The notes beneath the pieces were generated by a model that was not told the DNA's origin, did not search any database, and was given only the letters and a program-made list of their open reading frames with translations. A program made the position numbers and the translations under genes. From Podarcis muralis (lineage: Eukaryota), in the NCBI RefSeq assembly GCF_964188315.1, contig NC_135664.1:45694001-45758000 (forward strand): a stretch of 64,000 bases of DNA, read 5' to 3'. Positions 1 to 10,656 of the stretch are shown piece after piece (the first letter of the stretch is position 1; every line of letters begins with the position of its first letter).

Positions 1-1265
1 GATGCTCCATCATGTTACATGCAGAGAGAACAGAAAAGGCAATTGTAAAGAGAGAAAACACTGATAACTTTGTCAATTGTGGGCTGGCCAACAGGGGCAT
101 CATTTAAGGAAGACAGAGGAGACAGTCACCCTCATCCTGAGTTTCATGCAATTATTCCTCATGAGCACCCTTATCCCCAGAAAGCTCATTGGTTCTGTAT
201 GCTGAGCTAACTGATTTTTTAAAAAAGTTAACTGAGCCTACATACTACATCTGCACATCAAGGTACAAATCCCTTTACTTAAAAAACACACAAAATACAA
301 TTTGGTTCTTGATAACTGATAACATAGCTAATATGAGATATCAAAATAAACACAATGTATGTATGTACGTTTAACTTCTGGGTTTTTTAACAATTTAACC
401 TTGCACCTTATTGAATCTTTCCTCCATACACAAATGGGGACCCTACTGGCTTGTGAAATGGTAGTCTTACAAAACTCAGCTATTTACAAATAGCAGGTGA
501 CAAAACCCCTAATCATCTCCAAGTCATCCTTGATGTAAGGTCATCCCACAGTTGTGCTGCTTCCATTTTTACTACCTCACATGCTGCCCTTAGTCTAAGT
601 TCCTGGATCTTTTTATTGCCTCTGCATACAGAGACCTGTAAGTCAACCTAGCTAACCACTCTCAGTTTAGAGTTTTGCCATGTTTCCAGTTGTTGTGTCC
701 CAGCAGCTTGGTGTTGCTACTGCTTATCACGTCCCACTTGTGTGCCTCTCCTTCTCTAGTTCACCCAGTGTTTGCGCATATAGGCATGAAAAAACATTCT
801 CCTTCACCAAAACATTGTCTGGATTTGTTCATTTGGATACTTATTCAAACTTGAAGCAGGCTGATCTACTAATCCAGTCTCACAAAGACTGCTCATGTCC
901 AGTTTCAATACACCATATTTGTGGATCTTGACATAAGCTTGTGGTTTTTCCTCATAGAGGGAAATTGAAAATATTTTTGGAATTTGTTGAATGAGTCAAC
1001 ATTAGCTATATGGAAAGGCTTCCTATTAAAGCACAAAATGTTTTATGCCCCTTAGAGACTAAACACTCATTTCCACTTAGTTAGATTTACAAGGCTGACC
1101 ACCACCTCTCCAAAAAAGAACAGGTAGTCTTGTGAATGGCTTTCATGAGCTTTGCCAAGATTACATTTTAGTCTCCTTGTTTGCTGCCACAAAATTTTTT
1201 AGGAGCATTTAAAAAGACAAAATCTCTCACCTTCACAGGCGTTCTTAGTTCCAACACTGCATTTA

Positions 1266-1480
1266 CAGTGGTACCTCGGGTTAAGAACTTAATTTGTTCT
1301 GGAGGTCCGTTCTTAACCTGAAACTGTTCTTAACCTGAGACACCACTTTAGCTAATGGGGCCTTCTGCTGCCGCCGCACGATATCTGTTCTTATCCTGAA
1401 GCAAAGTTCTTAACCTGAGGTACTATTTCTGGGTTAGCAGAGTCTGTAACCTGAAGTGTCTGTAACCCGAGGTACCACTG
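1266..1480. mobile_element. Tc1/mariner (Tigger-like) non-autonomous MITE
   Basis: TIRs CAGTGGTACCTCGGGTTA ... TAACCCGAGGTACCACTG flanked by TA on both sides; same family at 13117, 39821 and 54810. Confidence 0.85.
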
Positions 1481-1496
1481 TACTTGTAATACTTAC

Positions 1497-4400
1497 TGTG
1501 TTCAACCACCCATACATCAGCAAAAATTGGGATGGAGTCTGCCAGTTTTCCAAGAAGAATAAACATGGGCAAGCTGCTTCTTGTGGCAGCTACCTTGCAT
1601 AACTATAGTGGGGGCAAACAAGTGAAAAATCAAAGCAGTGAGAAAATGTCCTTACATAAAAAACAACAACAAGACAATTCAGCAGACTATCTTTTTGCGC
1701 TTTACCTCACAGATACAGTTGCACTGCAACTTGCATGGCAGGGTCCATATAGTTCTGCTTTCCCTAGCATTCTTTGAACTTGCTATTCAGAAGGAAGTGC
1801 CCTCACACCACCACCCACATAGTGAACTGATACAAGTTTGTTATCACTTATCTTCAAGTGCATATGTTGGGGAAACATTTGTGTACAGGAAGCACAGAGG
1901 TTTGGTCAGAGTCAAGTGGCAAAGCACAGAGCAAATGACACTTTGCATTCACTTATACTAATCAGCAACCAATTAGCAACCAAAGACATCTGAATTAGCA
2001 ACAGACAAGAGATGAAAGCTTAGGATAAAAGAATTTACAATTTATTGCAGGAGAGTAATACTGATGCGTGTTGGAGGGAGGGTTAATAGTTGTGATGTCT
2101 GTCCCTTGTGATTCCTGAGGTCCTGCATTCAGCAGGGTTAAAATCCAATGAAGGATTCCATTGTTGAATTAGCCAAGCAAGGGATGTAGTTGTCACCTAA
2201 GTGACAACCCCTGGACAGTTAAGTCCAATTGAATTCGACTATGGGTGCAGCGGTCATCTCGCTTTCAGGCCTAGGGAGCCAGCATTTGTCTGTAAACAGC
2301 TTTTCATGTTGGCAGCATGACTAAAGTGCTTCTGGTGCAACAGAACACCGTAACAGAAGCCAGAGCGCATGGAAACGCCGTTTATCTTCCTGCCACAGTG
2401 GTACCTATTTATCTACTCACGCTGGTATGCTTTCGAACTGCTAGGTTTACAGGAGCTGGGACACAGCAACGGGAGCTCACCTCGTCATGTGGATTCAAAC
2501 TGCTGACCTTGCAATCAGTGAGCCCAAGAGGTTCAGTGGTTGAGACCACAGCACCACCTGCATCCCACAAGTTGTCACCTAAGTCTAGCCATTAGTATAA
2601 CAAAGGAAGCTGTTCTGTGCCAAAGGACAATTGGGTGGGCTCCTTCCCTTGCCTGGCTAGTAGTGAGAAAGACAAAGGCCAGAGTTTTGCATGTGAGCTG
2701 AACTGGAAGGAGGCAAGAAGCCTGAGAGTGAGAGCCATACTGAATGTGCATAAGTAGGAGTGGGAATCTGTACATTTGAAGCAGCAAAGAAATAATCTGT
2801 ACCAACCTCTTTCTGACATTCATCCAATAGATAGTGCAGGTACCGCTCCAACTTCAGTCCTACTACCAGCAGTACCAAAACTGAACACAAGGAGGGGAAG
2901 GTTAGGCACAACACATTTCCCCCCTAAATTGATTTTTGAATTCTGAATTTATTGTTATTCACGCTTTATACTGTATTTTATGCTGTTTTTTGTTGCATCA
3001 ATTGTTTTAAATTTGTTGTTAGCCGCCCTGAGCCCAGTTTTCTGAATTATTATTTTTTATTATTTCTCACTTGCTTTTAATAGGTTTTGCTGTGACTACT
3101 GTCTCTCACACACTTCCACTTATCTCATGCCTAGAAGGCACCGGTCCCAGCAGTTTTGTCTCTGTCCTTCTGCTTTCCCCTGAGAAACCCACTCTTTACC
3201 ACTAAATTGGAACAAATTGCAATCCACGGAAAACCCAATTGTCATTGGTTCCGATTCAGCGCTAAACCGCGGGTTTTCCAGAGGGGCAAATGGAAGTGTG
3301 GATGAGCCCTACAGCTGGCATTATTACATAATAAAATATTGAACCCCACCTGCCTCACCAGCCTTTCCAGTGCAGCTCTTCCCTACAGAGCATTTGTCTG
3401 AAAGGAGTTGGGGGGGGGGGGAATGTGGCCTCCTTATCAGAGAAAAGGGCATCTTGCTCTTTCCCTTTAACTCAAGCACTACATCATAAGGTTATACATG
3501 ATAACAGAAAGGAAGTCAACAGCCATGTGTCATATTTATAATGAAGAGAAATCAAGAAATAGCAAATCCCTACACACAACCAGAGCAATAGGTCCTGATG
3601 TCAGCAAATCTTTCAAGAGAATGATTTTTCAGGCTTAGGTGAAGGGAAAATTGTTTTCTCATAAATATACTCTAGGCTCTCTCCTCCACATATCGGAGCA
3701 GGACACAGAGAGAGAAATACAACTCAGGAAACATAAATTAATTTGTCAGGTATTCATATCATAAGTGTTTCAGTTCCTCAACACCCACCAACTGAGACGT
3801 GTTTTCTTGGCTCATAATCACTGCACAGTGATCCTATTCCATCTGTTCTACCAAAAAATAAGCTCATGGAAAACCTTGGCTTTGTTAAGAAGAGTGCAGC
3901 AGATGGTTCATGTGAAGCTGGTAAATCATTTTCCTAGTTTGCATAAATAGTATTAATGTAATTTTGATTCAAGAATTGGGTGTGTTCTTTGAATTCCAAT
4001 AGCTGAGACCTATAGAGTCAACCTCCTTAGGTTCCTTGCTAAACTACACAGCTCCTTAAAAACTAGGGAAGTATTTGAAAATATGGCTTGAGAGAAGAAA
4101 GCCACTTAAGAGTATGTTCCAGTTACTTTTTTTATGCCAATTCACTTGAGATAACAATTTGAATTCCAACCCAATTCAAGAATGGATTGGGCTGTCGGGT
4201 TCAAGGTTCATTACAATATCTGTACTGAGTCATTTTCTACTGAAATCTGTATCATAGAATCATAGAATTGCAGAGTTGGAAGGGGTCCTGATGCGTAAAC
4301 TCTGCATTAACCATAGCTACTATTACAGAAATATTTAATTAATAGAGCTAATGCTATGTGTGAGATGTATTAATACAATGAATGTATGTTTGATGAAAAC

Positions 4401-7033
4401 TAATAAAAAATTAAGTTGGGGGGGGGAAAGAAATATTTAATTTCCGTACGTGTTTTCTCATAAAAATGTATGAAAATCTTAAAAGCTGAGTTACTCTCTA
4501 CACAGTGCAACCTTAAGTGTGTTTACTCAGATTAACAAACACTGTTTGATAAAACTTACTCTGAAGAAAGTGAGTTTAGGATTGCAACCTTTATGAAATT
4601 CCTCATTTCATTTGGATTGGAGCTTTTTATGCTGATAAAAAAGCTAATGCAATTTTGACCTAAAAATAGTACAGTAATTGCTTCCCTTAAAGGTAAAGGT
4701 CCAGTCACTTCCCTTAGGTCCAGTCATGACCGACTCTGGGGTTGCGGTGCTCATCTCACTTTATTGGCCAAGGGAGCCGGCGTACAGATTCCGGGTCATG
4801 TGGCCAGCATGACTAAGCCGCTTCTGGCGGACCACAGCAGCGCACGGAAACGCCGTTTACCTTCCCGCCGGAGCAGTACCTATTTATCTACTTGCACTTT
4901 GATGTGCTTTCGAACTGCTAGGTTGGCAGGAGCAGGGAGCGAGCAATGGGGGCTCACCCTGTTGTGGGGATTCGAACCACCGACCTTCTGATCGGCAAGT
5001 CCTAGGCTCTGTGGTTTAACCCACAGCGCCACCCACACCCATTGCTTCCCATACCCAACAGCAATTCACCATTTACTTCTCACCTTCAATGAGTAAATCC
5101 AGTACACTGCCATCTTCCACAGTTTGCAATATCTCTGTTAAGATCAACCCACAGATTAATCACAATTATTTTTTGTAATCTATACTGGGGCTCCCATCTG
5201 TAACAAAATTGAACTTCCTTCTTAGTAATCATACACAGGATTGTGCTGCAGGGCTTAGAATTTTTTATGAAGATCATAGGGGCAGAGGAGAAAGATACGT
5301 TCTTCCAGCATGATCACATTTCCCCTTTTGGTAACCCTATTCTAGGTGTCATGAACCTGGGCTTCTGGTTAGGAGAGTCACAGCTCTTGAGTAGCAGGAA
5401 ACAAGATAAATCAGCTGGGAGAGTTTAGAATGTGGTATATCTGGGGGTTAGAATTGCACCCAGGGTCAGCCTTTTAATGAGGCAATATGAAACAGTTCTG
5501 TTTCAGCTGGCAAGATCCACAGGGGCAGCAGATCCAACCATCCAACAGATCAACTGCTGCTGCTGAAGAAAGGAGAAGTGGCTGTGCCTATGGCTTCTGG
5601 CCTCACTGATGTGGAGCAAAGGTAAGGAAATGAATATATTTGGCACCAGCTTGGCTGCAGGAACTGCCAGGAGGCATACAAGGCGCCATCCAATTATCTT
5701 AGGGACTCCACTCCAGATTTGTGTAGTGTTTACTGCATAGACTTTTCTTCTCCCAGAGACATCCCTCAAGGCAGTGGGGATGGATTTTTCCTCAGGGATT
5801 ACTCCCAAAGCCATTCTCACGAATGAGTATAACCAGGGGTGTACAGAAACCACAATATTTACTAGCACATGTATTGTTCCAATTTGCTTCATTATTAAGG
5901 TGCAAATCTGATCTGTTAAATCCAAAGCTCTGTTTCACCCCTGTTGACTCTAATGGGAAATCCAAAAATGGCTATAATTTTTCTTTCTTATTATGTAAGT
6001 AGATGAAATTCACAGGGAGAAAATGTGTCCCTCTAAACTTCAACATCCTTCCCCAAATCCCTGTGATTGGAATGCACTTGGAAAATAATTGTGATTAACA
6101 GTTAGACCAACAGTTGTTATTTACCAGGGGCAGAGGAAAAGAATAGACATGTTAAACACAATCACACATTTAACATTCTAGTTTGGCCTTTCCATCAGCT
6201 TAGTCTCTATGGTACACCATAGTGGAATAAAATACTTGCTTCCAATCTTCTATCCCAGAAAAGCCATGAGTAATACTTCTATACCTGTTACATTCACCAA
6301 GTTAGTATGCTTTTCTCTTACCAAACAAAGTTGCTATGAAATGAGCACACACTCTTTCGTCTTGTGCAAGCAATGGCATGACCAGGGTTGCATGCCGAAT
6401 CAGAACATCCCGAAGGCAGGAAAGCACATGTTTCTTGCGTACTAGCTAAATATTAGAAAAGCAAAACTGTATCAGTTATTTATTGAGAAAAATAAGCAAA
6501 GCTTAAAGCCTCGTGCCAACCTGTACTGGAAGTTTTCAAATTCACTCTTAATTTCCTCCTAGAATGGAACACAGGATATAAAACTCCCTGTGCCTTTTAC
6601 CTCCATCACCCAGTTATAGATCCCTTCCTGGGTCCTCCACAATCCACTCATCCAGCTCCACTACCTGCTACGCCCTGCTTTCTTACTTAATTGTAAGCCT
6701 CTTTGTAAAGCCTATTTTATGTACATGGCGCCATCATCATTACTGTAACAAATGTCAAGAGTAAACAAGAGGCCTTGCATTGCGGATAGGTCAGAGCCCC
6801 AAAATACAGGGCACACAGACCACCGGGAAGGTGAGGCAAGGGGCAAGGGAGAATGGGTGCTGCTGGCTGGGTGCCTCAGAGACGGGCGCACCCACCGAGG
6901 CCCCGCCATCCTGGAGCGTCTCAATGGCGCACGCCAAGCAAAGCGGCGAAGGCGGCAGCTCCAGGAGCCAGCGGGGGTCGTGCCGCGGGTGGAACCGCTC
7001 GCAAACGAGGAGCTCCGCCATCGCCGCCTCCAT
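1497..7033 (-). CDS. MEI1: Meiotic double-strand break formation protein MEI1, 5' part (coding exons 1-5; gene continues beyond the left edge)
   Basis: Exons complement(6896..7033, 6322..6445, 5084..5134, 2807..2880, 1497..1602), all GT-AG with consistent phase. Translation [35 protein letters not shown]|[26 protein letters not shown]..|[17 protein letters not shown]|[25 protein letters not shown]|[21 protein letters not shown] matches the MEI1 N-terminus as recalled ([32 protein letters not shown]). The start is ATG 7033 or in-frame ATG 7021. Exon 6 was not found in 1-1496. Confidence 0.92.
2203..2569 (-). mobile_element. Sauria SINE (Squam1)
   Basis: Reverse complement of the Sauria SINE core (CTAGCAGTTCGAAAGCA..GTAGATAAATAGGTACC); 15-bp TSD AGTTGTCACCTAAGT at 2188-2202 and 2570-2584. 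Confidence 0.85.
2940..3060 (+). mobile_element. L2-type LINE 3' end remnant
   Basis: T-rich 3' UTR ending GTTAGCCGCCCTGAGCCC plus an (ATT)n tail, like the L2 tail at 60078. Confidence 0.5.
4687..5040 (-). mobile_element. Sauria SINE (Squam1), full length
   Basis: tRNA-like head with B box, core, and CCTTTA-type tail; 10-bp TSD ATTGCTTCCC at 4677-4686 and 5041-5050. Confidence 0.92.
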
Positions 7034-7460
7034 CCCTTCCCCGCTCTCGCTCCCTCTTCTCGGATAAGGCAAGAGCGAGAGATTTGGCGGCAAATGTTTG
7101 CGCAGGCGCAATGCCTGCCGCGCAACGCAGCGCCGTCCGAAGGAGAAGCCTGCTGCGGAATCTGTAGCGCTTCCGAGGCTGCTGTCTGGCGGCTTCGCGG
7201 ATGTGTAGAGCCCAGCGACGGAGTCATCCTGCGGAATGGAATGATTATTTGCAGCACAGGTTGATCATTTTCTTAAAAGGTTGTGGGTTGGGGTTTTTTT
7301 TTCCCCTTCGTTTTTTTAGTATAGTTCTCTCTGTTGAAAACTGCTTGGAATTTCTTATGCTTGGAAGAACGTGGCGTGTAAATCCTGCACGCCGATAAAA
7401 TGCACCTGAAACAAAGGCGGGGCTTGCCGCGCGATCCTAAGCATGCCTTCTCAGAAATCC
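6850..7460 (-). promoter_or_regulatory. CpG island / promoter of MEI1 with a perfect NRF1 motif (TGCGCAGGCGCA, 7099-7110)
   Basis: CpG-dense and GC-rich over MEI1 exon 1 and upstream; the NRF1 consensus is read directly. Confidence 0.7.
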
Positions 7461-7645
7461 CAAGAAGTGCATTGTGCTTTATTCCCTAATGACCACTTAA
7501 GGAGTGGAAACCCCACTGCACTCAGCGAGTCTTTCTTCATACAATCTGCGTAGAATTGCACTGTCAAGTGAATTGGACCTTAAGGATTGCATCCACATGT
7601 GCACATCCGGGCAGGATTCTAGACTATTCCTAGATTTCCCCGAAA

Positions 7646-7810
7646 GGACTGTAGCTGAGTGGTTAAGTACCTGCTTTGTAGGCAGGGAGTCCCAGGTTCA
7701 ATCTCGGGCACCTCCATGTCGAATTATCCTTCTGGAAACTCGACGCCACTCGGTGTAAGCAATCCTGGACTTAAGTGGACCGATGATCTAATTTAGCATA
7801 AGGCAGCTTC
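7646..7810 (+). mobile_element. tRNA-derived SINE, Squam3/Ther1(MIR)-like
   Basis: A box TAGCTGAGTGG, B-box-like GGTTCAATCTC, and 3' end GGACCGATGATCTAATTTAGCATAAGGCAGCTTC typical of the MIR/L2-tail group. Confidence 0.75.
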
Positions 7811-8099
7811 CACCGGCCTTGTGGTCTGTAAATTCAGGTTAAACTATTCCTGGCAAGCTGATGTAATTTTGAGGACGAGAGTCACACCTGTTTTAATTTC
7901 TGTCTCGCCGCTGCCAGCTGCACAGGAGTCGGGAACAGGTAAAACCTAAATTTGAATCAAAGCACATTGTGGATGCGGCATACTGTGGATGGACCAGGCA
8001 CTACATAGTTGTACTCTTGGCTGGCTGGCTCAAAATAACCACCGGATCAATTTCATTAAACGCCTTTATGGAGGAGGCGATCCCGCTAGGCTCCATAGG

Positions 8100-8850
8100 A
8101 TTTACTCCCTGGTAAATGCGCATAAGATTGCCGCATCCCCTCTGAGGTCCGGTCCAGTTCCTGAGAGTTTCTTTCCTAGTCCGCCAACGCTAGAGGTCGC
8201 AATGGCGAGGTTGTGGGGCTTCATTTTCTCTCCCTAAGGGAAGGCCTGCGCGGAGTTTCCTGCCCTTTCCCCCTCGACGTCACTTCCAAGAGCGCGCGCG
8301 TCTGCCTTGCGTTCGAGAGCGTTGCGAGGCTCTTCCTCCGTGAAGCTTTCGGGCCGAGAGGATCGATCCAGAGCCAGGCGCTTCGAGTGGTTCTTCTGCT
8401 TCGCAGACATGGTGAGTGGACTCGGGGCGAGGCGGGCGGAGCAGGCGGGGACCCCGCTTTCCCGTCTGCGCTGGGGGTCGCCGAGGACGCCGAGCTGGCT
8501 GTACTGGCGGCGGGAGAAGGGGGCGAGGGGGTGGCCCGTGGAAATGTCACACGTGGGGAACGAGGGAGAGGCTTCCCCGGCATGGCCTGCCCCTTTCCTG
8601 TGAAAGGGGGGGGGGGCTGCCACGTGCGAAGCAAAGAAGCCTCGACTTCACTCACAAGGCGGCTGCTTCTTTTAATGTTCAAGTTAATGCGCTTTTTTAA
8701 GCAGCTCTGATTTATTGGAGAAACTTCGCCGTCACTCGTGCCGCTTGGGAGCGCCTTTGTAGACACGTTAGGGAGGCCAGGGCTTCATCTTGGCACCCAC
8801 GTGCTCCTACTGCCTAGTTTCTCCGGTTCACTTCCGCTCTTTTTATTTCG
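8100..8850 (+). promoter_or_regulatory. CpG island / promoter and exon 1 of SNU13
   Basis: CpG-dense. YY1-like AATGGCG near 8201, ETS-like ACTTCC near 8282 and 8830, and the ATG|GTGAGT donor at 8411/8412. Confidence 0.75.
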
Positions 8851-10656
8851 CCCCTCCCCACCACCAACCATCTCATGATCATGCACATAAGAATCAAGCC
8901 TTTACCCCCCCCCCATAGGAGCCCCGAGTGAGGTTAGGCCAATGGTTTTCAACCAGTGTGCTGTGGCACCCTGGGCCTTGAATTATGATCAGGGGTGCCG
9001 TGGACAATACTGGCCCCTGACCCTCTTTGAATTATGATCAGGGGTGCCGTGGACAATACTGGCCCCTGACCCTCTTCCCTCCCTCCTCCGATGCCCTCTT
9101 GCCTCTCTGCCTCCCAAAGGCCTGCACAGCTGGCTACGAGCTCCGCAGGCAAATGGTGCCTCAGGGAGGCACCTCTCTTTGGGGTGGGGTTGCAGCTCAA
9201 AGACCAGAGGCGGCAGCTGCCCAAAGGACTCATAAGGAGAGGAGGCTGAGGGAACACTCCACAAGGGAGGGTGCTCAAAAAAGGGTGAGAGGCTGCCAGC
9301 TCTGCAGGCAAGGGGTGACATAATTGGGCTCCTGAGCCCCACAGGGGTGCCGCAGAAGGATGTAGTTGGGTAAGGGACTCGAAAAGGTTGAAAACCTCTG
9401 GGTTAGGCAGATTGCATGTGGCTAACCCAAGGATTGTCAGCTAGTTTCATTGCTGAATAACTACTTAGTCTGCCTGGGTTCTGTGGCCAGTATGTATTTT
9501 GCCTTTTTTCCTCATTGACTTGAGAGAAGCTGGAAAAATGGAATACCTGAACAGTGGAAAGTCTCTTTTGAACCAGATGTGGCCCTTCTCACATTGACCT
9601 AGCCATTGTAGGAACTCACAGACTTACAGAACTATCTTAGGTTACACAGAAAGAGGCAGCTGTAACAGCAAATGCTTGAAGAAAGAGAAATTGTTGCCTA
9701 TACCTTGATTCTTTGTTTCCTTCTATAGACTGAGGCAGAAGTGAATCCTAAAGCTTATCCACTAGCTGATGCTCAACTCACCAAGACACTGCTTGATCTT
9801 GTACAGCAGTCCTGTAATTACAAACAGCTACGCAAAGGAGCCAATGAAGGTGAGATTGGGTTGAGCTTGTACCATTAATTGCCCATTCTTGTAGAGCATT
9901 AGGTTTGCATTGTCTCTTGTGGAAAAAGTAGTTCGTACTTTGCCTAAATATGCCCCCAAACACCTCTGCCTATTCTGTGGTTGTCATCCTGATCTTGGTG
10001 ATTAGATTAACTTGCTACTATCAGTCCAGACACCCTGACTTTTCCTACTCACTATTCCAGTTCTGCAAATTTGGGGCAGTAGCAGGAAGGTTATCACAAA
10101 TAAGCAATCTTAGTTGGGGAGATTGTTTTGTTCATGGCCAAAAATTCCAGTGGGCAAATGGAAGTTTTAGGATCCACCCAAAAGTTCTTTGAATCCCTAA
10201 GCTTGTCTTTGAGAAGTAACGGAAACTTAATTTTTTGTAGAATCCAAGCAATTATCCAATAGATAGGTACATAAAACCTTTTACATTGGATTTGCCCTCT
10301 TAATGTTGCAACTAGCTGCTTGTTTGATTTTACTGAGTGAGTCCTGGCAGAGTGAGGAAATGGAGTTTTCATTGTACCATTTCTTTTCCACAGCTACTAA
10401 AACTTTGAACAGAGGCATTGCTGAATTCATTGTGATGGCTGCAGATGCGGAGCCCCTTGAGATCATCCTTCACCTCCCACTACTTTGTGAGGACAAGAAT
10501 GTGCCCTACGTGTTTGTGCGCTCCAAGCAGGCCCTGGGGCGGGCATGTGGTGTTTCTCGGCCTGTCATTGCCTGTTCAATTACTATCAAAGAAGGCTCAC
10601 AGCTAAAGCCACAGATTCAGTCTGTCCAACAAGCTATCGAGAGACTATTGGTCTAA
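8409..10656 (+). CDS. SNU13: SNU13 / NHP2L1 / 15.5K kink-turn-binding protein (L7Ae family; U4 snRNP and box C/D snoRNP), 128 aa
   Basis: join(8409..8411, 9729..9849, 10394..10656) = 387 nt. First coding exon is ATG only (ATG|GTGAGT). Translation [128 protein letters not shown]. Confidence 0.99.
8940..9400. mobile_element. hAT non-autonomous element in SNU13 intron 1
   Basis: TIRs CAATGGTTTTCAACC / GGTTGAAAACCTCTG; exact 8-bp TSD GGTTAGGC at 8932-8939 and 9401-9408. Confidence 0.88.
8978..9075. repeat. Perfect 49-bp tandem duplication
   Basis: TTGAATTATGATCAGGGGTGCCGTGGACAATACTGGCCCCTGACCCTCT x2 (8978-9026, 9027-9075). Confidence 0.95.

Noticed and set aside
780-930. Minus-strand YPNEQIQ resembling MEI1 exon 6 (YPSEGIQ)
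   Set aside because: Flanking residues do not match and a stop follows four codons later; exon 6 must lie outside the window.
2189-2208. Perfect 8-bp hairpin GTTGTCAC-CTAA-GTGACAAC at a SINE junction
   Set aside because: Made by the TSD plus the SINE end; most likely an insertion-junction by-product.
6712-7264. 170-181 aa ORFs on both strands over the MEI1 promoter
   Set aside because: GC-rich, stop-poor CpG-island frames; only the 6896-7033 minus frame matches a known protein.
7646-7720. tRNA-like sequence with A and B boxes
   Set aside because: It runs into a SINE body and tail and lacks a proper acceptor stem and anticodon arm; it is a SINE head, not a tRNA gene. The same applies to 12835-12896.
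8213-8766. Several 94-181 aa ORFs at SNU13 exon 1/intron 1
   Set aside because: Low-complexity Pro/Arg/Gly/Ala shadow ORFs of a CpG island.
10421-10437. Local exon-only k-loop CUGA-AUUCAUU-GUGAUG
   Set aside because: No closing canonical helix, and SNU13 is known to bind k-loops poorly; the intron-exon pairing gives 12 canonical bp. Keep it only as a competing fold.
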